Shown in pieces: positions 41,976-51,009 of a DNA stretch of 64,000 bases (positions are counted from its first letter, which is position 1; each line of letters starts with the position of its first letter). The translations under genes were made by a program, and so were the position numbers. Source of the DNA: a virus (lineage: Duplodnaviria; Heunggongvirae; Uroviricota; Caudoviricetes; Demerecviridae); IMG/VR virus record IMGVR_UViG_2974579171_000001, positions 1-64,000 of that record; one strand, 5' to 3'. The notes under the pieces were generated by a model. The model did no database searches. It was not told where the DNA came from and was given only the letters and a program-made list of their open reading frames with translations.

Positions 41976-42344
41976 ATGAAAGCATATCAAAATCTTAAAT
42001 CTGGCGTAATTAACCTTGTTCATGAAAATCAGATTATTCAGCTATACTCCGACAATGGTGAACTTAAACAGAAAGTTCTAGTTGAAGATCTAGAAGGTAT
42101 CACACCACAATTCGATCCCGAAGCCTTCCGTGAAGTCAAAGTGGAAGTCGCTCCTCAAATCGAAGGTGGTCAGCACCTAAATGTCAATGTGTTAAGCCGT
42201 GATCAGCTTTTGGATGCACAGAAACATCCTGAAAAATATCCTCAATTGACTATCCGTGTCTCTGGCTATGCTGTTCGATTTAACGCACTGACTCGTGAAC
42301 AACAGAACGACGTTATTAGTCGTACATTTACTCAGGCGATGTAA
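41976..42344 (+). CDS. stand-alone glycyl-radical domain protein (GrcA/YfiD-like)
   Basis: 122 aa. C-terminal [25 protein letters not shown] matches the PFL/GrcA glycyl-radical motif (RVSGY). Confidence 0.7.
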   Translation: MKAYQNLKSGVINLVHENQIIQLYSDNGELKQKVLVEDLEGITPQFDPEAFREVKVEVAPQIEGGQHLNVNVLSRDQLLDAQKHPEKYPQLTIRVSGYAVRFNALTREQQNDVISRTFTQAM

Positions 42345-42425
42345 TGGGGTTTGGATACGATTTCTCCCAGCTACGCAAGGTAGTCGAGCAAACTTCATTT
42401 ATCTCCCAAGTTTTAGGAGAAATGT

Positions 42426-42731
42426 GTGGATCGAGCATTAAGACGCCATCACCGGCAACGTGTGAAGAACAACCGCAAGAAGTATTGGACAGTCTTTCCA
42501 CATGAAGAAAGCCCTAAGCGGTTAGGTATTATCACTACTACTCCTTGCATCTGTTCTTGTTGGATGTGTGGGAACCTTCGCAAGTACTATAAGAATAGTA
42601 AAGCAGGCATGAAAATCTCGGAGATCAGGAAAATGGAAGCGATGATTGCGGACATCACCTATACTGGTGGTATTTCAAATGATGAATTTGATGGCTTCGT
42701 AGCGTTCGAAGATGAACGCCCCGATCTGTAA
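42426..42731 (+). CDS. hypothetical protein with basic N-terminus
   Basis: GTG start with AGGAGA Shine-Dalgarno. 101 aa. Confidence 0.4.
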   Translation: MDRALRRHHRQRVKNNRKKYWTVFPHEESPKRLGIITTTPCICSCWMCGNLRKYYKNSKAGMKISEIRKMEAMIADITYTGGISNDEFDGFVAFEDERPDL

Positions 42732-42741
42732 TTAATAACAA

Positions 42742-42778
42742 ACCCCAGCTATTGAATAAGTAGTCTGGGGTTTTTCTG
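42742..42778 (+). terminator. rho-independent terminator
   Basis: ACCCCAG...CTGGGGT stem followed by TTTTCTG. Confidence 0.6.
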
Positions 42779-42852
42779 TATAAAGGTACATAATATATGT
42801 ATAATAAAATTCATCCACATTAGGTTAGTTTAAAAGACTTAATGGAGGTAAT

Positions 42853-43200
42853 ATGAGCCGTACTTATCGTAGACAATCTGGTGATCAGTGGTGGAAGTCT
42901 AAAGAACAATTCTCTCAAGAATATTCTTTCCTCAAAGAAAATGGCTACTGGATTCGTGTTATTTGTGCCAAATCCTGGGACGACATCAAAAAAGACATGA
43001 AGGAAGCAACCATTCGTAATGAGAAAAAGGATGGTTATAACTGGAATTCTATCAGTAAGAATGTTAAGTGGCATTCTAATAAAATGGTTCGTCAAGGGAA
43101 TCGTCAAGAACTCCACCGCGTGATGAAAGACCCAGAAAATTATGATTATAATCGCGATCATGACATGCGTAAACGTGGGTTATGGTGGTGCTATGACTAA
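42853..43200 (+). CDS. hypothetical Trp-rich protein
   Basis: 115 aa. TATAAT upstream and GGAGGT Shine-Dalgarno. Preferred over the antisense ORF at 42820-43161. Confidence 0.5.
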   Translation: MSRTYRRQSGDQWWKSKEQFSQEYSFLKENGYWIRVICAKSWDDIKKDMKEATIRNEKKDGYNWNSISKNVKWHSNKMVRQGNRQELHRVMKDPENYDYNRDHDMRKRGLWWCYD

Positions 43201-43217
43201 ATTCTGAAATAATTCAT

Positions 43218-43246
43218 TTGCTAAACCTCTCTTTTCTTGCTATAAT
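43218..43246 (+). promoter_or_regulatory. T5-type early promoter
   Basis: TTGCTA, 17 bp, TATAAT, then atgtttataaattgatga. Confidence 0.55.
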
Positions 43247-43276
43247 ATGTTTATAAATTGATGAGAGAGGCTTGAA

Positions 43277-43558
43277 ATGAAAACTCGTCTAGACTGTACT
43301 GTTCATGTTCTTGAACATGATGTTGCTGGAACCTGTATGTCTTACCACGAAGCAGGTCGTTTAATTAAAGAACGTGTGGCGGACGTGTGCGGATTGAAGA
43401 TTACTGCTGAGGAAGCTGATGATCTTTTAGGCCAAGCACTGGAGAAAACCGAAATGTTTCTCTGCGATTCTTGTTCTTGGTGGTGTGAAGCCCACGAACG
43501 TTCTTTCAACGATTATGATGTATGTCGTGACTGTAGCGGGGAGAATGAAGATGAATAA
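43277..43558 (+). CDS. hypothetical Cys-rich protein
   Basis: 93-aa ORF. Confidence 0.5.
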   Translation: MKTRLDCTVHVLEHDVAGTCMSYHEAGRLIKERVADVCGLKITAEEADDLLGQALEKTEMFLCDSCSWWCEAHERSFNDYDVCRDCSGENEDE

Positions 43559-43850
43559 GTTTATTATTGCACTGATGATCCCCGCAGTTAGTTTCGGTTC
43601 TCTGGCATCTACCAAAGTTTCTATGAAAAATGGTAATGTTAAAGTCCAACAGAACGGCATTATTACCGAGTATGGTAAAGTTCGTGATGTTAAAGAACGT
43701 AATGGTAAAGTAGAAATCTATACTAACAAAAACTTCTCTACTCCAGCCGTTACTATTAGCAAACGCGGTGAAATAACCACTCAACGTACTAATAGCTCCA
43801 GTTCTTTTACTTGTCGTTATGATTGTGACTTTGAAGGTGAAGATGAATAA
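43545..43850 (+). CDS. secreted hypothetical protein
   Basis: Signal peptide MKMNKFIIALMIPAVSFGSLAS. Start overlaps the upstream stop. Confidence 0.45.
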   Translation: MKMNKFIIALMIPAVSFGSLASTKVSMKNGNVKVQQNGIITEYGKVRDVKERNGKVEIYTNKNFSTPAVTISKRGEITTQRTNSSSSFTCRYDCDFEGEDE

Positions 43851-44235
43851 TTTAGATCCTAGAATTAAACTTGCTATTACAGAAATCCAAGAGCAAATTG
43901 ATGAGGACTTCACTGTTTGGTCAAGGTCTGGTAATGGAGAATATTGCCAGCTTTATAGCATGAAAACGGGTATCTCAATTGAGCTTAATATCAACTCTGA
44001 AGGTAGAGTAGAAGCCCAACCCATGTTCAGTGTTCCAGGCTTCTCTGGATTTGTTGCGGGTATAAAATTATGCCTACCAAATAACCATCTTCATCGAGTT
44101 ATTTGTCAACTAGAGACTATTAAGCATTTCCTACCAGAAGGTAACATTAATGACTACTACCACGAAGTTGTAGCAGCTCATATGATGAAAGAAAGTAAAC
44201 GTAGGAGAGAAGAACGTGAAAAGACTAAATATTAA
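43843..44235 (+). CDS. hypothetical protein
   Basis: ATG 43843 overlaps the upstream stop. 130 aa. Confidence 0.45.
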   Translation: MNNLDPRIKLAITEIQEQIDEDFTVWSRSGNGEYCQLYSMKTGISIELNINSEGRVEAQPMFSVPGFSGFVAGIKLCLPNNHLHRVICQLETIKHFLPEGNINDYYHEVVAAHMMKESKRRREEREKTKY

Positions 44236-44512
44236 TAGCACAGTGCAGATTCCAGCAACTAAGGATATTTTAACATTCCTGCGTAGTGAGAGTACCCAAT
44301 TTTGGCATGACTATATTCAAGAAAATAAAAATAATCCAGACATAGTTGCCTTTGCCAAGAAACGTATTGGTGAATATAAAGACCCAGAGATTAAAGATGG
44401 GATGATTACCATGCAGTTATGGGTAGCTATGAAAACCTTTGGACCCACTATGAGTCTAGGATTTACTCCACTGTTTACTAATATCCTAATTAATGAAAAG
44501 GATCTGAAATGA
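44216..44512 (+). CDS. hypothetical protein
   Basis: GTG 44216 follows AGGAGAG. 98 aa. Confidence 0.4.
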   Translation: MKRLNINSTVQIPATKDILTFLRSESTQFWHDYIQENKNNPDIVAFAKKRIGEYKDPEIKDGMITMQLWVAMKTFGPTMSLGFTPLFTNILINEKDLK

Positions 44513-44793
44513 TTATCTCTCCATTTGCTCTTTGGTTCGTCATTGGATTTGTGGTTGCTATTTACAGCTTGGCTGATGATCTGTATATTTCTAAGAATAA
44601 AGATGTAATATTATACGTTATACATAAAACTCGACCGTTAGATCTGCCACCTCTTGATGATAAGACATTACTCAGATGTGCTAGATCTGTGATATTTATT
44701 GTGGATATTCTTCTAGGCCCAACATCTGTGTTTTTCTTTTATAGAAAAACTCGTAATATGAAAAAATTTAAAGCTGAAATGCAGAATACCTAA
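44509..44793 (+). CDS. hypothetical membrane protein
   Basis: 94 aa with an N-terminal transmembrane segment. Confidence 0.45.
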   Translation: MIISPFALWFVIGFVVAIYSLADDLYISKNKDVILYVIHKTRPLDLPPLDDKTLLRCARSVIFIVDILLGPTSVFFFYRKTRNMKKFKAEMQNT

Positions 44794-44848
44794 AGAACTC
44801 GCGTAGGACCGAGTTGCGTCACCTGCAACTGTTACGGATAAGGGAGTC

Positions 44849-45247
44849 GTGCCCCTTAGTGCGGTAAGTGGTGAGTTGGTCGCTGACTTAACTGGAGATT
44901 ATATGACTATAGTACTAATTCTTGTTACCACCTGGTTTTTAATCGGCGCTGTGTATGCAGTAGCTATACTTAGACACTTAGATGAATATTCTGCTGAATG
45001 GTTCATTAAACACCTTCGTATAGACAACAAGGAGCACGAGTTTGAAAACGAAAAACAAAGAAAAGCAGTTGAAGAAATGACAGGCGAAGAATGTTTATTC
45101 TACATGCGTGCAATAGGATTCTTAGGATTATTTGGTGCTGGCCCACTAGGTTTTACCATAGCCCCCTATAAAGAAACAGTAGACGATATTAAGTTATGGA
45201 GAAATGCAGGGGTACTACGCAAAGCTAGAGAAACCAATACTACATAA
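44849..45247 (+). CDS. hypothetical membrane protein (start uncertain: GTG 44849 or ATG 44906)
   Basis: Transmembrane segment TIVLILVTTWFLIGAVYAVAIL. Followed by a terminator. Confidence 0.4.
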   Translation: MPLSAVSGELVADLTGDYMTIVLILVTTWFLIGAVYAVAILRHLDEYSAEWFIKHLRIDNKEHEFENEKQRKAVEEMTGEECLFYMRAIGFLGLFGAGPLGFTIAPYKETVDDIKLWRNAGVLRKARETNTT

Positions 45248-45290
45248 GATTGATACTAAATCAACTTACTAGCAAAAGCAAATAATGACA

Positions 45291-45328
45291 AAGCCCAGCC
45301 TGCACTTTTGCGACTGGGCTATTTTTAT
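45291..45328 (+). terminator. rho-independent terminator
   Basis: AGCCCAGCC...GACTGGGCT stem followed by ATTTTTAT. Confidence 0.5.
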
Positions 45329-45341
45329 AATAAAATTTTAG

Positions 45342-45370
45342 TTGCTTAGATGCCCAAACTTTTGTATAAT
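45342..45370 (+). promoter_or_regulatory. T5-type early promoter
   Basis: TTGCTT, 17 bp, TATAAT, then atgtttatagattga. Confidence 0.55.
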
Positions 45371-45401
45371 ATGTTTATAGATTGAGGCAAGAGGATTAAA
45401 T

Positions 45402-46100
45402 ATGAGGATTATTTCTAAGTTCGCCGATGTGTATGATTTGCAGAACAGTTTGTTCGACCCAGATCGTGTGTGGGAACGTAAAACTGAGGAGTTGCTGGTT
45501 AAAGTAACCGATGATGCAGAAAAGAACATTGTGCATACTCGCCAGGTATTTCGTGATGGTTCACTATCTTTCCGTGGTGATTTCGAATACTTCGTAAATC
45601 CACTGTTTGTTGCAGGTGAAGTTTACTGGTTACACGAGCTGTACTGCTGGCATCCAGCATTTAGCTTCAAAACGTTTAATCTCGACACTATGTTCGATAA
45701 AATGGAAGAGATGGGATTGCATGCTCGCTCTTACTTAATGGATAAGAGTCGTGGAGATGTTCGTGAAACAATGCGTGATCTGCTAGCTGAAGCAAAACCT
45801 AAAGCAGAACGTATCTTATCCGAACTGCGCGTACCGATTGCATATGTGAAAGGTATTAAAAAGAACGATAACGATGATGTTCGTAACTTCGTAATTCAGA
45901 CTAACATTCGTTTCCATCAGTCAGGTATTCCGTGGCAGGAAATTGAAAGTAACTTATACCGTTTACACCAAGTTCTCGAACAGTATATCTTCGGTGTACT
46001 AGGAACTGGTGAGCCTGATATGATTAAAGTATCAGATAAAGACAGGTTAGCAGCGCATGGATTTGATACAAAAACTTCTTTCAGGAATATGGCACGGTAA
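45402..46100 (+). CDS. hypothetical protein
   Basis: 232-aa ORF. Confidence 0.55.
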   Translation: MRIISKFADVYDLQNSLFDPDRVWERKTEELLVKVTDDAEKNIVHTRQVFRDGSLSFRGDFEYFVNPLFVAGEVYWLHELYCWHPAFSFKTFNLDTMFDKMEEMGLHARSYLMDKSRGDVRETMRDLLAEAKPKAERILSELRVPIAYVKGIKKNDNDDVRNFVIQTNIRFHQSGIPWQEIESNLYRLHQVLEQYIFGVLGTGEPDMIKVSDKDRLAAHGFDTKTSFRNMAR

Positions 46101-46506
46101 GTGGTATATCCTGGGAGCAGGTCTAGCGATAGGCATCGGGTTCGGTGCTTATCACTTAGTAGATAAAGTGGAGACTTTAGCAGGAGATCTTGCGGTAGCT
46201 ACTAAAAAGATTTCTTCTCTAGAGACTTCCCTTAATAAGGTGAAAGCTGAAAGTGAACTTCGTGAGACTAGAATGAATCAGTATTTCACAATGAATAATA
46301 TTTCGCAAGCAGACTTAGATAAGAAAATTGGTCAGCTTGATAAAGCACTTAACCGACAAGATATTATAGCCGCAAAGCCTGGATTGGTAACATTAATTGC
46401 TAAAAAGCAGAGTAAGGAGTTCGAGGAAAGATTAGCATGTTTAACTGGAAACTTGGAATACTGCTCGCAGCCGCAATCACAATCACAGGCTGTGCACAAG
46501 AAATAG
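46057..46506 (+). CDS. i-spanin-like protein (N-terminal TM plus coiled coil)
   Basis: 149 aa. Transmembrane segment WYILGAGLAIGIGFGAYHLV followed by a coiled-coil periplasmic domain with Cys near the C-terminus. Confidence 0.45.
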   Translation: MDLIQKLLSGIWHGKWYILGAGLAIGIGFGAYHLVDKVETLAGDLAVATKKISSLETSLNKVKAESELRETRMNQYFTMNNISQADLDKKIGQLDKALNRQDIIAAKPGLVTLIAKKQSKEFEERLACLTGNLEYCSQPQSQSQAVHKK

Positions 46507-46790
46507 AGTCAGAACCCTCACATGAGTTACCAACAGCTCATGTAGATTGGCCTAAAGGACTTCAACCTTGTAGCTTTGACTTTAAGTTTGAAAAGAAATT
46601 AGCTACAAATGGAGAAGATGGCGTAGTAGTTGTTGTACCATATAAAGATTGGAATATGTTGGCAAAATGCCGTGAGGCAGAATATTCATATATTTCACGA
46701 CTGACAAGTATGGTTTGCTTCTATCGTCAAGATTTGCAAGAAAAACGTTGTTTAGTATATTATCCACCAATTAACAATAGGAAAGATTAA
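46437..46790 (+). CDS. o-spanin-like outer-membrane lipoprotein; start embedded in the previous gene
   Basis: 117 aa. Lipobox AAAITITGC. Four further Cys. Overlapping architecture typical of Rz/Rz1. Confidence 0.45.
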   Translation: MFNWKLGILLAAAITITGCAQEIESEPSHELPTAHVDWPKGLQPCSFDFKFEKKLATNGEDGVVVVVPYKDWNMLAKCREAEYSYISRLTSMVCFYRQDLQEKRCLVYYPPINNRKD

Positions 46791-47542
46791 TGTCAGTATT
46801 AGTCGGTTTACATGGTGAAGCTGGTTCGGGAAAAGATACCGTTGCAAAATTAATTATCGATTGGTGTAATGACACGTATCCAACGTGTTTTTCTCGTCGT
46901 TATAGTTTTGCTAAGCCAGTTTATGAACTTGCATCCGTAATCCTCGGTGTAACTCCAGAGTTTCTAGGAGAGCGCAGAGGAAAAGAGATTGACCAATGGT
47001 TTACGGTCACACAATCTCAATTGGAGCGAGCCAGAGATGTATGGTTTAAGTACGGTATCGATAAGTTTGAAGACTTCTCGTACGTTTGGCCTATTTTTGA
47101 GGAAAAATACCTTAATCCTCAACAACTTATCTCAGAGAATAAAGAAGACGGACTTTATAGTTTATTTATTTCTCCGAGAAAAATGTTACAGCTCGTAGGG
47201 ACAGAGCTAGGAAGGCAGCTGGTGCATGAACGCATTTGGCTCATAATTCTGGAGCAATCCATCGCTAAAGACGACCCAGACGTCGCCGTAATAACAGATG
47301 TTAGATTCCCCAACGAAGGAGAGTTACTCAGAGAAACAAACCATTTAGATATGGATTCTTTGATAGTAAATGTAGCACCCGCTGAGCAGAAGTTCACTAT
47401 TAAATCAGATCATCCATCTGAAAGTGGTATTCCTGCAAAGTATATTACTCATGAATTAGTTAATAAATTTGATGGTATCAATAACCTTAAACTAGAAGTT
47501 TATAACTTCTGTGACTTAGAGCTAGAACCACTAGTTGGATAA
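46790..47542 (+). CDS. deoxynucleoside monophosphate kinase
   Basis: 250 aa. P-loop GLHGEAGSGKDT. Confidence 0.65.
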   Translation: MSVLVGLHGEAGSGKDTVAKLIIDWCNDTYPTCFSRRYSFAKPVYELASVILGVTPEFLGERRGKEIDQWFTVTQSQLERARDVWFKYGIDKFEDFSYVWPIFEEKYLNPQQLISENKEDGLYSLFISPRKMLQLVGTELGRQLVHERIWLIILEQSIAKDDPDVAVITDVRFPNEGELLRETNHLDMDSLIVNVAPAEQKFTIKSDHPSESGIPAKYITHELVNKFDGINNLKLEVYNFCDLELEPLVG

Positions 47543-47554
47543 TCAAGGATCGCT

Positions 47555-48154
47555 ATGACTAATAAAAAAGAAGAAAAGACTAACCTGTTTCACTCCATTC
47601 GCCAATCTAATGAATATACCTTTTTCTTTGATGAAGAATTAGGCCCGCCGGATGAATACCGTGATTTATCAATGGTACTTATGCAGGCACATGAGGACGA
47701 CGAAATTAATCTGATGATTAATGGCCCGGGTGGTTATGTTGATACTGCTGCACAGTTATCTAACTTAATTGCTAATTGCCGTGGAACAGTTATAGGACAT
47801 CTGGTTGGTCCTAGTGCTTCTGCTTACTGCACAATTTTCCTATCCTGCCATGGGTGGGTAGTACATCCACATGCTACGCTAATGGGACACACGTTCTCTG
47901 GCGGATTCTGTGAGAAGGGTCAAGAAATCAAGAAAGCCTATGAATCTTACAACAAGTTCGTAGAAGATATGATGCTAGATGTCTACTATCCGTTCTTCTC
48001 AATAGACGAAATCGACGAGATGGTAAAAGACAACAAAAATATCTATCTAGATAGCAAAGAAATCCATAAGCGTATTGAAATCTTGGCAAAATATCGATCT
48101 GAGCAATATAATAAAGCCCAGTTACCTCAATCAGAGGAGCATAACGAAGAGTAA
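47555..48154 (+). CDS. ClpP-like (S14) serine protease homolog
   Basis: 199 aa. MINGPGG (compare ClpP INSPGG), GPSASAYC (Ser), and His in HGWVVHPH. Confidence 0.55.
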   Translation: MTNKKEEKTNLFHSIRQSNEYTFFFDEELGPPDEYRDLSMVLMQAHEDDEINLMINGPGGYVDTAAQLSNLIANCRGTVIGHLVGPSASAYCTIFLSCHGWVVHPHATLMGHTFSGGFCEKGQEIKKAYESYNKFVEDMMLDVYYPFFSIDEIDEMVKDNKNIYLDSKEIHKRIEILAKYRSEQYNKAQLPQSEEHNEE

Positions 48155-48162
48155 GTAATTTT

Positions 48163-48196
48163 AAGCCAGGGTTTAACGACCCTGGCTTTTCTTTTA
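48163..48196 (+). terminator. rho-independent terminator
   Basis: AAGCCAGGGT...ACCCTGGCTT stem followed by TTCTTTTAT. Confidence 0.6.
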
Positions 48197-48310
48197 TCTA
48201 AAATTCTTCTTGACAACGACAAAATTTTATGCTCCAGAAGTGATCTTTAAAAACACATTGTAATTTTCCTCCAAAATTAGTATAATGGTACTGGTTAGAG
48301 GAGGTTACAA

Positions 48311-48967
48311 TTGGAAAAGTTCTTACAATTATTAACGGTACTGCTCCAAGAAGCGAAAGATCCAGCATCGCTTCTTAAACGTCTGCTAACTATCTTAGTT
48401 GCTGTCATTATTTTCTTATTTGTTAGTAATACTAGCGAGGTGATGTCATTCTTAAAGACTTTCTCCACGTCTGCGGTTCTACAGGATGTTCAAACTCAAA
48501 GGATAAGTAATTTTCCTAACGTAGCTAGAGAAAAGAGCATGGTGCTTTTTTCCCAAACGGGTGCGGATGCTGTTTTTGTAGTCAAGTATAAACCCGATGC
48601 CATTAATGATTATTCTAACATTATTGCATGGGAAAGCAATGCGCAATTAGATAGGGCTGACTTGGCCGATAAAGCGGTAAATAAGACGTCTGAGCTATAT
48701 AGACGTCACTTGGAAGGCTTTAACTACGCATCGGATTTAAGTGTAAAAGTAAATAAATATATGGGGTTAAATATACCTGCGTTTAAGAACGTTACTTTTA
48801 ATTACATATACACTTGTCCGTATTTCAATCTAAACAATATCTATGCTGGATATATTGGTATTGCTTGGAAAGATAATCCTGTAGATGCAGCCGATTCTGA
48901 GAAATTTAACGAGTATTTAACAAAGCTCTGTTCTCCACAACAGAGATCTTTAGGTAGATCAATATGA
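48311..48967 (+). CDS. hol: holin (218 aa, TTG start)
   Basis: TTG follows GAGGAGG. Single N-terminal transmembrane segment LLTILVAVIIFLFV. Immediately upstream of and overlapping the endolysin gene. Confidence 0.55.
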   Translation: MEKFLQLLTVLLQEAKDPASLLKRLLTILVAVIIFLFVSNTSEVMSFLKTFSTSAVLQDVQTQRISNFPNVAREKSMVLFSQTGADAVFVVKYKPDAINDYSNIIAWESNAQLDRADLADKAVNKTSELYRRHLEGFNYASDLSVKVNKYMGLNIPAFKNVTFNYIYTCPYFNLNNIYAGYIGIAWKDNPVDAADSEKFNEYLTKLCSPQQRSLGRSI

Positions 48968-49377
48968 GTTTTAAATTTGGTAAAAATAGCGAAAAACAAT
49001 TAGCTACCGTTAAGCCAGAGCTACAAAAAGTAGCTCGTAGAGCTTTAGAATTATCTCCATATGATTTCACGATCGTACAGGGTATTCGTACAGTAGCACA
49101 AAGTGCCCAGAATATTGCTAATGGTACTTCATTTTTAAAAGATCCTAGTAAAAGCAAGCATATTACTGGGGATGCCCTTGATTTTGCTCCATACATTAAT
49201 GGCAAAATTGATTGGAATGATTTAGAAGCATTTTGGGCAGTTAAAAAGGCTTTTGAACAAGCTGGTAAAGAACTAGGCATTAAACTTCGTTTTGGTGCTG
49301 ATTGGAATGCTTCGGGAGATTATCACGATGAAATAAAACGTGGTACCTATGATGGCGGTCATGTCGAACTAGTTTAA
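48964..49377 (+). CDS. lys: endolysin, L-alanyl-D-glutamate peptidase (peptidase M15)
   Basis: 137 aa. H..D...H zinc-binding pattern (SKHITGDALDF ... DGGHVEL). ATGA overlap with the holin gene. Confidence 0.8.
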   Translation: MSFKFGKNSEKQLATVKPELQKVARRALELSPYDFTIVQGIRTVAQSAQNIANGTSFLKDPSKSKHITGDALDFAPYINGKIDWNDLEAFWAVKKAFEQAGKELGIKLRFGADWNASGDYHDEIKRGTYDGGHVELV

Positions 49378-49387
49378 TTAATAACTT

Positions 49388-49412
49388 AGGCGGGAATATT
49401 CCCGCCTTTTTA
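49388..49412 (+). terminator. rho-independent terminator after lysis cassette
   Basis: GGCGGGAATATTCCCGCC stem followed by TTTTTA. Confidence 0.65.
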
Positions 49413-49455
49413 GGCAAAGGGGGGCTTTAATAATTTTTGAAGATAGGAGAAAGCC

Positions 49456-49872
49456 ATGTTTGCAGAACTATTCACTATGATGCTGCTAGGTATCTGGAAA
49501 ATAAGTCTAGTAGTATTCGTTTTAATGATAGTCTTTACTATCCTTGCATTAACTACCCGAAATAGCTTATTAATAAAGGTTATTCACGGACTAGAGTATA
49601 TAATTATGGGTTCATTCGGCGTTTGTAAATGCAATTGCCATAGAGATACGAAATATTGTTGGTTATGGATGGAACTAGAGAATCCTATATCCATAGCTTT
49701 GGCTGTTTCATTCGGCATGATTCTTATGGCCCTTACTCTAGCATTAATACCTTTGATGTTAGCTGGGGGAGTTACAGCGTATTTCACCCTTTTCTCCCCG
49801 ATACTTATGTACTCAATTTATCCAATAACTATGTATCTAGTTAGGAAAAGATTTATACATGCAGTAGATTAA
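49456..49872 (+). CDS. multi-pass membrane protein
   Basis: 138 aa with 3-4 predicted transmembrane segments. CxCxC motif (CKCNCH). Confidence 0.5.
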   Translation: MFAELFTMMLLGIWKISLVVFVLMIVFTILALTTRNSLLIKVIHGLEYIIMGSFGVCKCNCHRDTKYCWLWMELENPISIALAVSFGMILMALTLALIPLMLAGGVTAYFTLFSPILMYSIYPITMYLVRKRFIHAVD

Positions 49873-49885
49873 GATAAAAAAGTAG

Positions 49886-49914
49886 TTGACTTTTAGCCCT
49901 AGTTATTATATAAT
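49886..49914 (+). promoter_or_regulatory. T5-type early promoter
   Basis: TTGACT, 17 bp, TATAAT, then atatacataaattagt. Confidence 0.55.
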
Positions 49915-49949
49915 ATATACATAAATTAGTTAAGAGAGGTATATATATT

Positions 49950-50381
49950 ATGTCTGATCGTTTCTATACTCAAATGGCGGAACATTTTCGTATACCACAT
50001 TACGAGCTAAACATTGCACTCCGTGATCATGACTCTCCTGAGTACAAAAAGCTCGAAAAGAAAGCGGAAAAATCTATTGATACAAAGGTAGGTGCATCTA
50101 TGTCTAAGGGCAAAAAGTTAACTCGTCTTGATCTTAATAAAATTTTAACTGAACTTTTGGGTACTGATATTGAAGGTGCTAAATTACCGCTTCTTGTACT
50201 AGAGACTATGATTAAAAAGGTCAAAAATAAAGAGTATAAAAAGGTAGAAGTCCCGGAAGGCAGATTAAAGGCTCCTTATCAGGAAGCATTAACCGAGTGT
50301 TTAGGTGTAAATCTTGATCTAAGCACCGCAACCGTAAAAACCATGAGAAACTTCTTAGAGGCCATTAATAACTATGAGTAA
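49950..50381 (+). CDS. hypothetical protein
   Basis: 143-aa ORF. Confidence 0.5.
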   Translation: MSDRFYTQMAEHFRIPHYELNIALRDHDSPEYKKLEKKAEKSIDTKVGASMSKGKKLTRLDLNKILTELLGTDIEGAKLPLLVLETMIKKVKNKEYKKVEVPEGRLKAPYQEALTECLGVNLDLSTATVKTMRNFLEAINNYE

Positions 50382-50664
50382 ATTAGTATATCTATTAAAA
50401 GGTTCCACTTGCAACCCTTGCAAACTTTTCGAGCCAGTATTTGATAAAGTAGTCAGTGACTATAATTTGGAAATCCATAAAGAGACTGATAATACAGAAT
50501 TAATGCAGAAATTTGGTGTGCGCCAAGTTCCTGTAGTAGTTCTGGCGGATCGTTTACCTAATGGTCGAGTAGAAGCTAATCATATTCTGATTGGACGTCA
50601 GCTTCGTAAAGAAACTATGCACGAAGCTATTAAAAATTTCCTGGATGATAATCCGGAGGACTAA
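50374..50664 (+). CDS. thioredoxin/glutaredoxin-like protein (CxxC)
   Basis: 96 aa. Active site STCNPCK near the N-terminus. Thioredoxin-fold size. Confidence 0.6.
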   Translation: MSKLVYLLKGSTCNPCKLFEPVFDKVVSDYNLEIHKETDNTELMQKFGVRQVPVVVLADRLPNGRVEANHILIGRQLRKETMHEAIKNFLDDNPED

Positions 50665-50669
50665 TAAAC

Positions 50670-50704
50670 AAAGCCTGATCTTAGCTGATCAGGCTTTTAT
50701 TTTA
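50670..50704 (+). terminator. rho-independent terminator
   Basis: AAGCCTGATC...GATCAGGCTT stem followed by TTATTTT. Confidence 0.65.
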
Positions 50705-50705
50705 C

Positions 50706-50734
50706 TTGCTTTTTGCTAAAAATTTTGGTATAAT
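50706..50734 (+). promoter_or_regulatory. T5-type early promoter
   Basis: TTGCTT, 17 bp, TATAAT, then agttatataaattgat. Confidence 0.55.
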
Positions 50735-50761
50735 AGTTATATAAATTGATTGGAGGATTAA

Positions 50762-51007
50762 ATGTTAGCGGAACAAGCAAAACGTTTAGCCAGGATAAAT
50801 AGAGCTGCACTCCTTAATAGCAGGAAGAAACCCTATAAGTATGTTAAAAAGAGAATAGTTTCTTCTGTGGGGATTGGGGGTTCTTTTGTGCAGTTTAATC
50901 GTGATGAAATTAGTTATGAAGCTATAAAAGCCCTCTATAAAGAGGGTTATACTCTCCAACTATCTAATGATTATGGCACAACTATTTTAACCGTTATTTG
51001 GGAATAA
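50762..51007 (+). CDS. hypothetical protein
   Basis: 81-aa ORF. Confidence 0.5.
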   Translation: MLAEQAKRLARINRAALLNSRKKPYKYVKKRIVSSVGIGGSFVQFNRDEISYEAIKALYKEGYTLQLSNDYGTTILTVIWE

Positions 51008-51009
51008 TT

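Noticed and set aside
42820-43161. 113-aa minus-strand ORF
   Set aside because: The overlapping plus-strand ORF 42853-43200 has a TATAAT promoter and GGAGGT RBS and fits the operon orientation. The minus ORF is hydrophobic low-complexity sequence.
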